Shown piece after piece: positions 6,853 to 15,191 of a DNA stretch of 64,000 bases (positions within the stretch are counted from its first letter, which is position 1; every line of letters begins with the position of its first letter). This DNA is from an uncultured Gammaproteobacteria bacterium (GTDB lineage Bacteria > Patescibacteriota > Microgenomatia > Daviesbacterales > UBA10151), in assembly GCA_964547465.1 (NCBI GenBank), contig CAZJNI010000003.1:21334-85333 (forward strand). The letters are read 5' to 3'. The translations under genes and the position numbers were made by a program. The notes under the pieces were generated by a model. The model made no database searches. It had not been told where the DNA came from and saw only the letters and a program-made list of their open reading frames with translations.

Positions 6853-9687
6853 ATGAATAAATTTCTTGGACTGGGTGTTATATTAGTCATGCTTGTTGGC
6901 ATTGTTGCCGGTGTAGTTTTAACCCAGAGACAGCAACTACTAAAATCAAAAGCTTCGGAAGATTTTGTTGGAAAGCCTTGTAGTTTTGATGGTGATATAC
7001 CTGAAGCTAAAGCTTGCATTACTTCTTGTCCCGCAGGTACAACAGGTACTGCTGGTGGGCACAACTACTGTGTATATTCGGATGATGGAAACCATACCTT
7101 TAGTTCCTGCCAGCCTGAAACTCAAGCTGAAACATGTATTAAGTCGTCCACAGGTGATACAGGAGGTGGAACTTCTTGTCAGGACGAGTTTAAATATAAC
7201 CAATGTACTGCTTGTAATAAATCAGAACCTGTATATCAGAATACCTGTACTGGAGCATATACAACCGGCCCAGTACAATCTGATTTAGCCTGTGGTTCTT
7301 TCTGTACAGGAGGTGATACAGGTAATGTAGGTACAGGAACTGGAGGAGTTTGTAGCGGTAATTTAACTGCCAGTTGTAATCCTGCTACTCTTAGTACCAG
7401 TTGGAATATAGAACCTAAGTTTGGTTGTAATGTCTTTTTAGAAAGCCCTGATGGTCAAAATAGCAGTCAACTTAGCTCAAACTGTTCCAGCAGTTGGTCA
7501 GGGTCTAATATACCGGGAATTGGAGCGGTTACGAACGGGACTTATCGGTTATTTGTAAGTAATGGGGATCCAAATGGTAGTTGTTATAACAAGAGTGTTG
7601 CTAGTGTAGCAGTTAACTGTTCTACTGGTGGCACATTCTGTAAAGCCAATTTTTTTGATGCCAGTGCTTGTAGAATTTGTGCTTCAGATGGATCTCATTG
7701 GATAGCTAGTTTTGGGCCTAATAAAGGTAGTACAGAATGGTGTGCTTGTGCCAAGAAAGAAGCCAGTTTTACTACAGATCCACAATATTCTATCTGTCCT
7801 GGTGGTGGGCCTACAGCTACAGGTGGAACAGGAGTTACAGATGCTGCTGAATTTGAAGGGATAGTTTTCAAACAGAATAATCTACCGGTTACTTACCTAA
7901 CTGCTGGTCAAACATATGATGTGGAAATTACCATGTCAAACAGAGATAAGAAAGTCCCAAGTTATCAAGGTCCAACCTGGACTGCAGGAGACCTTAGCAA
8001 AATAAATATAACTGATTTGGAAAAAAACAAAATTGCAAATCCAGGTTATTTTCTGGGTTTCCCCCTGGCTGGTGATACAGGTGCAGGAGATTTTAAGATA
8101 AATGTAAATACTGCCGGTACAGATCTATCAATAAATGCTCTCTGGCAAATTCAATGGAAAGATCCCGCCAAATTAAGAATTTCCCTGGATAAGAATGTCC
8201 CGCCTTGTATTTCAGGTAATGTGACAGCTACTTGTTCTAATACTTTTAAAACTAAAATTACCCCGCAAAGGGATGGTACTACACCACATACTTTTTATTG
8301 GGGCATGGTACATGAGGGAGTAAACTGGTTTGGTGCACAGTATGCATCCCCTATTGAAGTAGCTGCAGCCGGAACAGCAGCTCCTGTTTGTGCACAGGTT
8401 CCAACAAAAGCTAAAAATTCAACCACCGGAGAATGTAAAGAATTTCCAACATCTTGTTTAGATATAGGTTGGGTGGCAGATTCAAAATGCACTGATGTTT
8501 CTGTTTGTGCACAGGTTCCAACAAAAGCTAAAAATTCAACCACCGGAGAATGTAAAGAATTTCCAACATCCTGTTTAGATGCTGGCTGGGTTGCTTATCC
8601 AAACTGTACAGTTTCCTCTACCCCTACTACTGCTATTCAATACAGAATAGCTGAAGGGAATACTCCGGATGATGCTAAATTTAATTTAGGATCGTTAAAC
8701 TATGACCATCAATATCAACCCAGCTCATCAACCTCCTCGCAGAGGTTCTCTTATGAATTTTCTAGCCTTAAGACCAATGATGTTAGATATATAGCTATAC
8801 AGTATCAAAAAGGTAATTTGCATACAGTAGCATATGTTACAAAAGTTATCAGGTTTGTGGGAAATGCACCGGTAATCACTGTTGCCAATTGTAAATTTTC
8901 TCCAACAGGTGATGGTACGGATGTTACTATAACCGGTTCTGGTTTTACTAATGATCAAGGTACGGTTACTGTTGGATCTAAAACTCTGGATAGTATCTCG
9001 AAGTGGACAGATAACCAGATTATAGGAAAGGTTAAAGAAAAGTTAGACGGAAAACAAAATATCAAAGTTACAACTCCCGGCGGACAAGTTACAAGCGGGG
9101 CTAATGACCGTTGTATAGTTAATACTACATCTGTTGACTTTACAGCCAAGTTGCAATGTAAACAAGCTGATCTCTCGGCTTCAAATGTGGAAGTTAAGAT
9201 TTTTGAAAATACAGTTGGATCTGATCCGACAAAACCCTTATATAGGCAAAAGATAACATTAGATAGCAAAGGCCGCCCACAGACTGATTTTAATCCTAAA
9301 TTTGAAGTAGACAAAGAATATGTTGTACAAATTAAAGCACCTAACTCCCTGTCACAGTTGTTTAAATTTAGGGCAACTGAAGGTTCTACTATTATTGAAA
9401 AGCCGGTTCTGCTTTTAGTGGGAGATATTGCCGGTCAGGATGGTCCTGATGGTCAGGTTAATAGTAAAGATTATTCAGCTTTAGTTTCTCAATGGAGTCC
9501 GGCTAAAGATGTGACCAGACTGGCTGATTTTAATTCTGATAAGAGGGTTAACAATTTTGACTACTCTTGTATTAAAGATAGTATTAGACTAAATGAGAAG
9601 GATAAAGTATTTAGTGCTCCAAAAAGAATATTAGAAGCCTCACCTAGTTCCAGCACCAGTTCAGCAACTGATACACCGACAATTTAA
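6853..9687 (+). CDS. Cys-rich surface protein with IPT/TIG domain and C-terminal dockerin
   Basis: N-terminal TM plus 'QRQQLLKSKAS'; IPT-like 'GTDVTITGSGF...KWTDNQI'; dockerin-like 'GDIAGQDGPDGQVNSKDYSAL...ADFNSDKRVNNFDYS'. Confidence 0.8.
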   Translation: MNKFLGLGVILVMLVGIVAGVVLTQRQQLLKSKASEDFVGKPCSFDGDIPEAKACITSCPAGTTGTAGGHNYCVYSDDGNHTFSSCQPETQAETCIKSSTGDTGGGTSCQDEFKYNQCTACNKSEPVYQNTCTGAYTTGPVQSDLACGSFCTGGDTGNVGTGTGGVCSGNLTASCNPATLSTSWNIEPKFGCNVFLESPDGQNSSQLSSNCSSSWSGSNIPGIGAVTNGTYRLFVSNGDPNGSCYNKSVASVAVNCSTGGTFCKANFFDASACRICASDGSHWIASFGPNKGSTEWCACAKKEASFTTDPQYSICPGGGPTATGGTGVTDAAEFEGIVFKQNNLPVTYLTAGQTYDVEITMSNRDKKVPSYQGPTWTAGDLSKINITDLEKNKIANPGYFLGFPLAGDTGAGDFKINVNTAGTDLSINALWQIQWKDPAKLRISLDKNVPPCISGNVTATCSNTFKTKITPQRDGTTPHTFYWGMVHEGVNWFGAQYASPIEVAAAGTAAPVCAQVPTKAKNSTTGECKEFPTSCLDIGWVADSKCTDVSVCAQVPTKAKNSTTGECKEFPTSCLDAGWVAYPNCTVSSTPTTAIQYRIAEGNTPDDAKFNLGSLNYDHQYQPSSSTSSQRFSYEFSSLKTNDVRYIAIQYQKGNLHTVAYVTKVIRFVGNAPVITVANCKFSPTGDGTDVTITGSGFTNDQGTVTVGSKTLDSISKWTDNQIIGKVKEKLDGKQNIKVTTPGGQVTSGANDRCIVNTTSVDFTAKLQCKQADLSASNVEVKIFENTVGSDPTKPLYRQKITLDSKGRPQTDFNPKFEVDKEYVVQIKAPNSLSQLFKFRATEGSTIIEKPVLLLVGDIAGQDGPDGQVNSKDYSALVSQWSPAKDVTRLADFNSDKRVNNFDYSCIKDSIRLNEKDKVFSAPKRILEASPSSSTSSATDTPTI
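8384..8580 (+). repeat. Intragenic direct repeat: 80 bp x2 (8384-8463, 8501-8580), period 117 bp
   Basis: One synonymous mismatch; encodes 'VCAQVPTKAKNSTTGECKEFPTSCLD' twice. Confidence 0.95.
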
Positions 9688-9707
9688 ATATGATATTCTA
9701 AAACTAT

Positions 9708-10355
9708 ATGGATAATCAAACTGCCGAAAATAATAATCAGCTACCTAAGTTTAAGTTTTTGACCCTGATTAAATCGGGGTTGACCAGAAAAAATATTCTG
9801 ATACTTTTAGGGTTAGTGGTTTTGGGGGAAATTTTATGGGCAGCAGGAGTTTTGTATAAAACTAATACCTCTACACCGGCGCCAAAACAAACTGTCAGCG
9901 TTCAATCTAAACCTACTCAAATTGAACTTAAAAGCAGTCAACCTAGTGTTAAGGTAGGAGATAAATTTATCGTTTCTATAAACATTTCATCAGACAATTT
10001 AACTGATGGAGTGGATTTGATAATAAGTTATGACCCTAAACTTTTATCCTTAGAAACAACTGGAGAGAAAAAAATTCCTGTGGCAGTTACAACAATATAT
10101 AACGATTATCCGCTAAATGCAGTTGAGCTGGAAACAGGTAAGATTACAGTTTCAGGTATTTCAACCGGACAGGACGGGATAAAACCAAATGGTTTATTTG
10201 GCTCGATTAATTTTGTGGCCAAAGCTGTTGGCCTAACAAAAATAAGTTTAGAATTTAGCCCCGGAAGTACAGTTGACACAAATGTTATAGAAAGAAATAC
10301 CGGAAAAGATATCTTAGAAGCTGTTAAAGATATAGACATTACAATTACACCATGA
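9708..10355 (+). CDS. Membrane-anchored cohesin-domain protein
   Basis: N-terminal TM; 'VKVGDKFIVSINI...DGVDLIISYDPKLL...FGSINFVAKAVG'. Confidence 0.75.
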   Translation: MDNQTAENNNQLPKFKFLTLIKSGLTRKNILILLGLVVLGEILWAAGVLYKTNTSTPAPKQTVSVQSKPTQIELKSSQPSVKVGDKFIVSINISSDNLTDGVDLIISYDPKLLSLETTGEKKIPVAVTTIYNDYPLNAVELETGKITVSGISTGQDGIKPNGLFGSINFVAKAVGLTKISLEFSPGSTVDTNVIERNTGKDILEAVKDIDITITP

Positions 10356-11119
10356 TGAAAAAATTTCTAATTTCTAATTGTTTTTCAAACTGCCTTCAGC
10401 AGAGCAAATTTCTAATTGCTTTTCTTGCATTCTACATTCTACATTCTACATTCTACATTCCAGTCTATGCTCAAGCTGCCACTTTATCCCTCTCCCCCTC
10501 CTCGGGAACCTTTAACAGAAGCTGCAGTTTTTCTTTGGATATCAGGCTTGATACTGCTGCAGCCCAAACAGACGGAACAGATGCAATTTTGCTTTATGAT
10601 TCAAGCAGGTTAACAGCTACCTCAATTACCAGTGGCAACATTTATCCGGATTATCCGGGAAACAATATTGATGATACGTCAGGCAAGATTACTATTTCAG
10701 GTTTAGCTTCTATTTCTTCTGCTTTTTCCGGCCAGGGATCTTTGGCTACACTTCAATTCAGTGTTAAAGATAATGCCCCAACAGGCGTAACACAAATTAA
10801 GTTTGATTTTGATCCAAATGATAAAACAAAAACCACAGATTCAAACGTGGTACAAAGAGCAGGACCGGATATTTTAAGTTCAGTGGTAAACGGAAATTAT
10901 ACAATTGGAACTGGAACATGCGGAGTTTTGCCGGCAACCGGAACAACTGGTGGTAATCGTGGCGGCCAGGGAGCAGTTTCCACCCCCTCTGGTGAGTTTC
11001 AAGAACCCCTTGTCTACAAAACCCTGCCTCCGGCAGGAACAGAGCAGCTGACATTCGCTTTATCAATTGTGGGAGTCACGCTGACAATTCTGGGAATTTT
11101 AGGTTTAGCTTTACTTTAA
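10352..11119 (+). CDS. Cohesin-domain protein with signal peptide and C-terminal LPxxG plus TM anchor
   Basis: 'VYAQAATLSLSPSSG...DGTDAILLYD...LATLQFSVK'; C-terminal 'LPPAG' followed by a hydrophobic helix. Confidence 0.75.
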   Translation: MMKKFLISNCFSNCLQQSKFLIAFLAFYILHSTFYIPVYAQAATLSLSPSSGTFNRSCSFSLDIRLDTAAAQTDGTDAILLYDSSRLTATSITSGNIYPDYPGNNIDDTSGKITISGLASISSAFSGQGSLATLQFSVKDNAPTGVTQIKFDFDPNDKTKTTDSNVVQRAGPDILSSVVNGNYTIGTGTCGVLPATGTTGGNRGGQGAVSTPSGEFQEPLVYKTLPPAGTEQLTFALSIVGVTLTILGILGLALL

Positions 11120-11155
11120 CGATACGGGATCGGAATAGCTATAACGAAACGGTAT
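11117..11155. repeat. REP-like palindrome, CGAT-n5-ATCG family
   Basis: TAACGATACGGGATCGGAATAG matches 2953-2974 at 21/22; related to 24185-24223 inside def. Confidence 0.7.
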
Positions 11156-11159
11156 TTTT

Positions 11160-12080
11160 ATGACCCTTTCTGCTCTTATTACTGATTTTCTTGAATATCT
11201 GGAACTGGAAAGAAATGCCTCACAGCTGACTATTAAAAACTATGATCATTATTTAAAAAGATTTTTAAGCTTTGCAGGTGATATTAACCCCAAGGATATT
11301 GATTTAAATTTAGTCAGAAAATATAGATTGCATCTATCACGTTGGACAGATCCCCAAACTGGAAAAAGTTTAAAAAGAGTCACTCAAAATTATTTTATGA
11401 TTGCGTTGCGGGCATTTTTAAGGTATCTTGCAAGGATTGATGTGGAAACTTTGTCTCCTGAAAAAGTTGAGCTTGGTGAGGTAGATCCAAGGCCGCTTAA
11501 GGTTTTGGATGATTCTCTCCTGAAATCCCTTCTTGAGGCTCCGGATACCACAAAAAAGGATGGAATAAGAGATAGGGCTATATTGGAAACTCTTTTTTCA
11601 ACAGGTCTTCGTGTGTCTGAACTGGCTTCTTTGAATAGAGATACCATCAATCTGGATAGGCGTGAATTTGGCATAATTGGTAAAGGAGGGAAAGAGCGGG
11701 TGGTGTTTATTTCTGATTCAGCTGCTGATTGGTTGAGGCGGTTTTTAGATGTCAGGAAAGATAGCTTTAAGCCTTTATTTATTCGATTTCAGGGAAAAGT
11801 TGATCTGGCAAATAATGGTGAGGCTATGAGGTTAACAACACGTTCAATTGAGCGGATTGTAGAAAAATATGTTAAAGCACTGGGTTTATCTGTAAAAGCT
11901 ACACCGCATACTTTAAGGCACTCTTTTGCAACTGATTTGTTAATAAATGGAGCAGATATCCGTTCAGTGCAGGAAATGCTTGGCCATTCTTCTATCCAGA
12001 CTACCCAAATCTATACTCATGTAACTAATGCCCATCTAAAAGATGTACACAAAGCCTTTCATTCTGGTAATAAAAATTAA
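11160..12080 (+). CDS. xerC: Tyrosine recombinase, XerC/XerD family
   Basis: 'RDRAILETLFSTGLRVSEL', 'GKGGKER', 'TPHTLRHSFAT', 'LGHSSIQTTQIYTHV'. Confidence 0.9.
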   Translation: MTLSALITDFLEYLELERNASQLTIKNYDHYLKRFLSFAGDINPKDIDLNLVRKYRLHLSRWTDPQTGKSLKRVTQNYFMIALRAFLRYLARIDVETLSPEKVELGEVDPRPLKVLDDSLLKSLLEAPDTTKKDGIRDRAILETLFSTGLRVSELASLNRDTINLDRREFGIIGKGGKERVVFISDSAADWLRRFLDVRKDSFKPLFIRFQGKVDLANNGEAMRLTTRSIERIVEKYVKALGLSVKATPHTLRHSFATDLLINGADIRSVQEMLGHSSIQTTQIYTHVTNAHLKDVHKAFHSGNKN

Positions 12081-12090
12081 TAATTTTTGC

Positions 12091-12103
12091 GATCCTTCGG
12101 ATC
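12091..12103. terminator. Short hairpin between convergent genes
   Basis: GATCC-TTC-GGATC just after the xer stop. Confidence 0.35.
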
Positions 12104-12116
12104 TAAAGTAGGACTT

Positions 12117-12557
12117 TTAGAATGTAATATCTAAACTCTGAAGAATTTTTTGTCTACCTTTGGCCATCTGTTCTATTTCATGGGCAAGATCTTGATGATT
12201 ATTTTGGATATATTCCCAGTCCCTTTCATCTAATAAATATGCGAGTACAAATTCTTCAGCTTTTACAGTAGCACTTCTTGGTTGATTAAACACAAGCGAC
12301 ATTTCCCCAACCAATCCCCCAGGCCTTATATCAGCAAGATGAACTATTTGCCCTGGTGAGATTTGACGATGAACACTCACTAAGCCTTGTGCTATAAAAA
12401 ATAAAGGGCCTTTTTGATCACCTTGCCTGATTATTATTTGACCATCTCCAAAGAGAGTATCTCTTAAAAGAGGGATTATGGGATCTACATTAGTTTGATC
12501 ACTTACAAATCCCTCAAGAGCTTGTTTCCTAGATAAAGATACTATTTCGCCTGACAT
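12117..12557 (-). CDS. Stand-alone cyclic-nucleotide-binding domain protein
   Basis: 'GQIIIRQGD...LFFIAQGLV...GGLVGEMSL...PRSATVKA'. Confidence 0.85.
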   Translation of the reverse strand: MSGEIVSLSRKQALEGFVSDQTNVDPIIPLLRDTLFGDGQIIIRQGDQKGPLFFIAQGLVSVHRQISPGQIVHLADIRPGGLVGEMSLVFNQPRSATVKAEEFVLAYLLDERDWEYIQNNHQDLAHEIEQMAKGRQKILQSLDITF

Positions 12558-12608
12558 ATAGGCGTATTTTAACACAACAAACCTATTTTTTCGCTATATT
12601 CAGATAAA

Positions 12609-12647
12609 TCACCTTCGAGGTGGATTACGTTGGCACCTGTCCTTTTT
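12609..12647. repeat. REP-like palindrome (CACC-n5-GGTG family) 3' of RAYT-1
   Basis: TCACCTTCGAGGTGG-ATTACG-TTGGCACC-TGTCCTTTTT. Confidence 0.85.
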
Positions 12648-13328
12648 TTAAACTTTTTCAATAGTAAGGTGTTTAATTTGCTCGAGTTTTCTGGCATAAT
12701 CTACCTGATCTAAAACAAACTGCTTGTATTTCTCTTTAGATGCAAAAAGATCCAAAACTATCTTCTCTTCTACAATATCCTTGGTAGGTAGCCCTAAATA
12801 TTCAGGATAAGAAGACCACAAATAACTTTCCAGTTCTTTCGGTTCAATCAAAAATGAAGAAACCGGGTTAAGGTGAATATATCTTGAAACATGCATCAAT
12901 TGTTCATCTGACCCGATGTGAACTGCCTGGAATAATCCCTGAAATAAGGGTCCAACCCGTTCATTTTTAGCATTGAAATATTTGGTATAGCTATTAGCGA
13001 AATTAGCTGCAAAAATCGAAATACCACGGTCCTTTTTCTGCTTTAATAGAAGATGAAAATGATTAGGCATTAGACAGTAGCAGATAATTTCAACCAATTT
13101 TTCATGCTCGCTATTAAGATTTTGGATAAGTTTAGATTGATCAGATGCTGGGAGAGTTAAAAACTTGGATAACCTGATCGGTAAATCTGTAAATCGATAA
13201 AAATCAATAGTTTGTACTCCCCTGTCTAACTCTCTCTTGTTGGTAAAGGTGGGTCTTTTTTCAACGCCCCTGTTAAATACATGATAAAGCTCCTCATTGG
13301 CGAAAACTACTTTTCTATTTGTAGGCAT
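12648..13328 (-). mobile_element. REP-associated tyrosine transposase (RAYT / Y1 HUH), copy 1
   Basis: 'YHVFNRG', HUH motif 'CLMPNHFHLL', 'YIHLNPV', 'WSSYPEY'; start at 13328 by alignment with copy 2. Confidence 0.9.
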
Positions 13329-13356
13329 ATTTTGACAGTACAACACATAAAGAGAA

Positions 13357-13399
13357 GGTGTCAAGCTAGATCACCTTCGAGGTGAACTACATTGGCACT
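13357..13399. repeat. Full REP-like palindrome 5' of RAYT-1
   Basis: GGTGTCAA-GCTAGA-TCACCTTCGAGGTGA-ACTACA-TTGGCACT. Confidence 0.85.
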
Positions 13400-13447
13400 A
13401 ATGCCCATTTAAAAGATATGCATAAAGCGTTTTACTCAGGGAATAAA
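13397..13447 (+). pseudogene. Displaced, diverged copy of the xer 3' end
   Basis: 42/51 nt identical to 12024-12074; reads TNAHLKDMHKAFYSGNK vs TNAHLKDVHKAFHSGNK. Confidence 0.85.
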
Positions 13448-14073
13448 TCACTTAACTCGTGAGATTTTTGAAACCGAGCAAAATATGGACGTGTAGGATG
13501 GTAAGTAGTTGGGGTTATGTCGGGTCTTAAATAGGGATTTTCAGTATACTCTAAAATTGATTTTAGTAATTCAATGTCTTTAATTGGAGTTAAACACTTA
13601 AAACCACTAACTTTCATAAGCTCACTTAATATGGGAAATGGAGATATATCTGGACTTAATGTTTCTATTACAGTAACTAAACCTTTTGGTTTAAGTACGC
13701 GAGAAGCCTCTATTGTTAATAGTACTGATTGTTTTTCATCAGTTTCTTCAATGTGAATACCGTAATAACCAAATACATTAATGAATACTACCTCTGATAT
13801 TGAATGATCCGGAAAGGGCATGGACATTCCATCAGCATACATAAGATGATATCTATGCCTTTTTGCAAGCCTCTGATTAATTCTCTCCTTTGCTAAATCA
13901 AGTGATTCCTTACCAGTTCTGGGCTTTTCTCGCAAGAGCTTAGCAACTGATGATAAGTAACTTGTATCTAGTCCGATATATACCTCATCCCTTTCCATTT
14001 TACGTTTTCCTTGCGTTGAAAAAGGTTTTGTTCCAACTCCCACTTCCACAATATATTTTCTTTCTTCAGGCAT
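13432..14073 (-). CDS. Class I SAM-dependent methyltransferase
   Basis: 'IVEVGVG', 'YADGMSMPFPDHSISEV', 'RVLKPKG'; ATG at 14073 lies 6 nt after TATAAT. Confidence 0.8.
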   Translation of the reverse strand: MPEERKYIVEVGVGTKPFSTQGKRKMERDEVYIGLDTSYLSSVAKLLREKPRTGKESLDLAKERINQRLAKRHRYHLMYADGMSMPFPDHSISEVVFINVFGYYGIHIEETDEKQSVLLTIEASRVLKPKGLVTVIETLSPDISPFPILSELMKVSGFKCLTPIKDIELLKSILEYTENPYLRPDITPTTYHPTRPYFARFQKSHELSDLFPE

Positions 14074-14183
14074 CACTAAATTATATCTTAAGAGAAGGAT
14101 TCTTGCAACTATAGGCTTAAGGTAAACTTTAAACAACCCGCTAGAAAAATTATCCCTAGCGGATTTTAATAATATTCTGATAT

Positions 14184-14209
14184 AGATCCTGAAACGAGTT
14201 CAAGATAAC
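14184..14209. repeat. Degenerate AGATCCTGAAAC-GAGTTCAAGATAAC palindromic repeat
   Basis: Resembles the GTCATCCTGAAC...TTCAGGATCT class of dispersed palindromes; single copy here. Confidence 0.45.
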
Positions 14210-14216
14210 CTAAAAG

Positions 14217-14570
14217 TCACTTTAGTTTCCCCAAATCCTTCAAAAGCGTTGACAGCACTGTTCCGACAACTGATAAGACAATTGCTGCCAATATGGCCGG
14301 AACCCAACCGTCTATCTTTACTCCCGCAACAACAGCTGAAACGATGAATAGCACAACCGCATTAATTACAAAGGCAAAAAGGCCCAATGTGACAATAGTT
14401 ATAGGCAGACTGATAAAAGACAAAACTGGCTTAATAAAGGTATTAACTACCCCTAAAACTATTGCTGCCAGGACTGCTGTTGTGAAATCAGCAACTTTAA
14501 ATCCAGGGACAATGTAGGCTGTTGCCATAAGTGCCAGCGCATTTAAAACTATGGCTATAATAATTTGCAT
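14217..14570 (-). CDS. 4-TM 'phage holin family' (YvlD/DUF360-like) membrane protein
   Basis: 'AAIVLGVVNTFIKPVL...LPITIVTLGLFAFVINA'. Confidence 0.85.
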   Translation of the reverse strand: MQIIIAIVLNALALMATAYIVPGFKVADFTTAVLAAIVLGVVNTFIKPVLSFISLPITIVTLGLFAFVINAVVLFIVSAVVAGVKIDGWVPAILAAIVLSVVGTVLSTLLKDLGKLK

Positions 14571-14639
14571 TATTTATCACCCCCTATTTAATCATTACCT
14601 AAAAAAAGATAATATGTCAAATTCTGCTACAATATATTT

Positions 14640-15191
14640 ATGGATCCAAAAATCAGAAGTATTCTTCTTAAGACCATAATTTTCATTTTCAGTATAAGTT
14701 TGGGGTGGTATTTGGTAAAAAGCGGATTCCTGCATACCTGGATTGCCACAATCCTCCCTCATCGTTTTATAGGAGAATTCATTGCCGGTGCGCTCTACAC
14801 ATCTTTTCTTACATCCCCCCTTGCAGTTGCCATGTTTTTGGTTATTGCTCAAGAAGGCAACCCAATCATAATTGCTCTACTTGGGGGGTTGGGGGCTGTC
14901 TGCGGCGATCTATTTATAATAAAGGTATTCAGAGATAACGAGGGTGATGTCAATAATGCCACAAGGCGGCTGCATCTTCAAAGAATAACCGCCATATTAA
15001 GGCAGTTTCATATGGAGTTCCTTATCCCTTTGTTGGGATGTGTGATCATTGCCTCCCCAATTCCTGATGAGATTGGACTTTTAATGTTAGGAGTTTCAAG
15101 ACTCAAGTATGATGAAATTGCAAAAATAAGTTTTGTTTTAAACTCTGCAGGTATTTTACTGATAGTTACACCAATTAATTTACTTTCATGA
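14640..15191 (+). CDS. Membrane protein of unknown function
   Basis: Several TMs, 'IIASPIPDEIG'; ATGA overlap with the ATPase gene. Confidence 0.75.
   Translation: MDPKIRSILLKTIIFIFSISLGWYLVKSGFLHTWIATILPHRFIGEFIAGALYTSFLTSPLAVAMFLVIAQEGNPIIIALLGGLGAVCGDLFIIKVFRDNEGDVNNATRRLHLQRITAILRQFHMEFLIPLLGCVIIASPIPDEIGLLMLGVSRLKYDEIAKISFVLNSAGILLIVTPINLLS

Noticed and set aside
8384-8580. Near-identical repeats as a DGR template/variable pair
   Set aside because: Single T/C synonymous difference, no adenine-specific pattern, no reverse transcriptase in the window.
11117-11143. Sequence shared by the xer upstream region and 2953-2979 as a Xer operator
   Set aside because: A third relative lies inside def and all fit the REP-like geometry, so a dispersed repeat is the simpler explanation.
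11160-12080. Tyrosine recombinase as an integron integrase or prophage integrase
   Set aside because: Looks like a housekeeping Xer; no IntI-specific insertion, attC-like array or phage genes seen.
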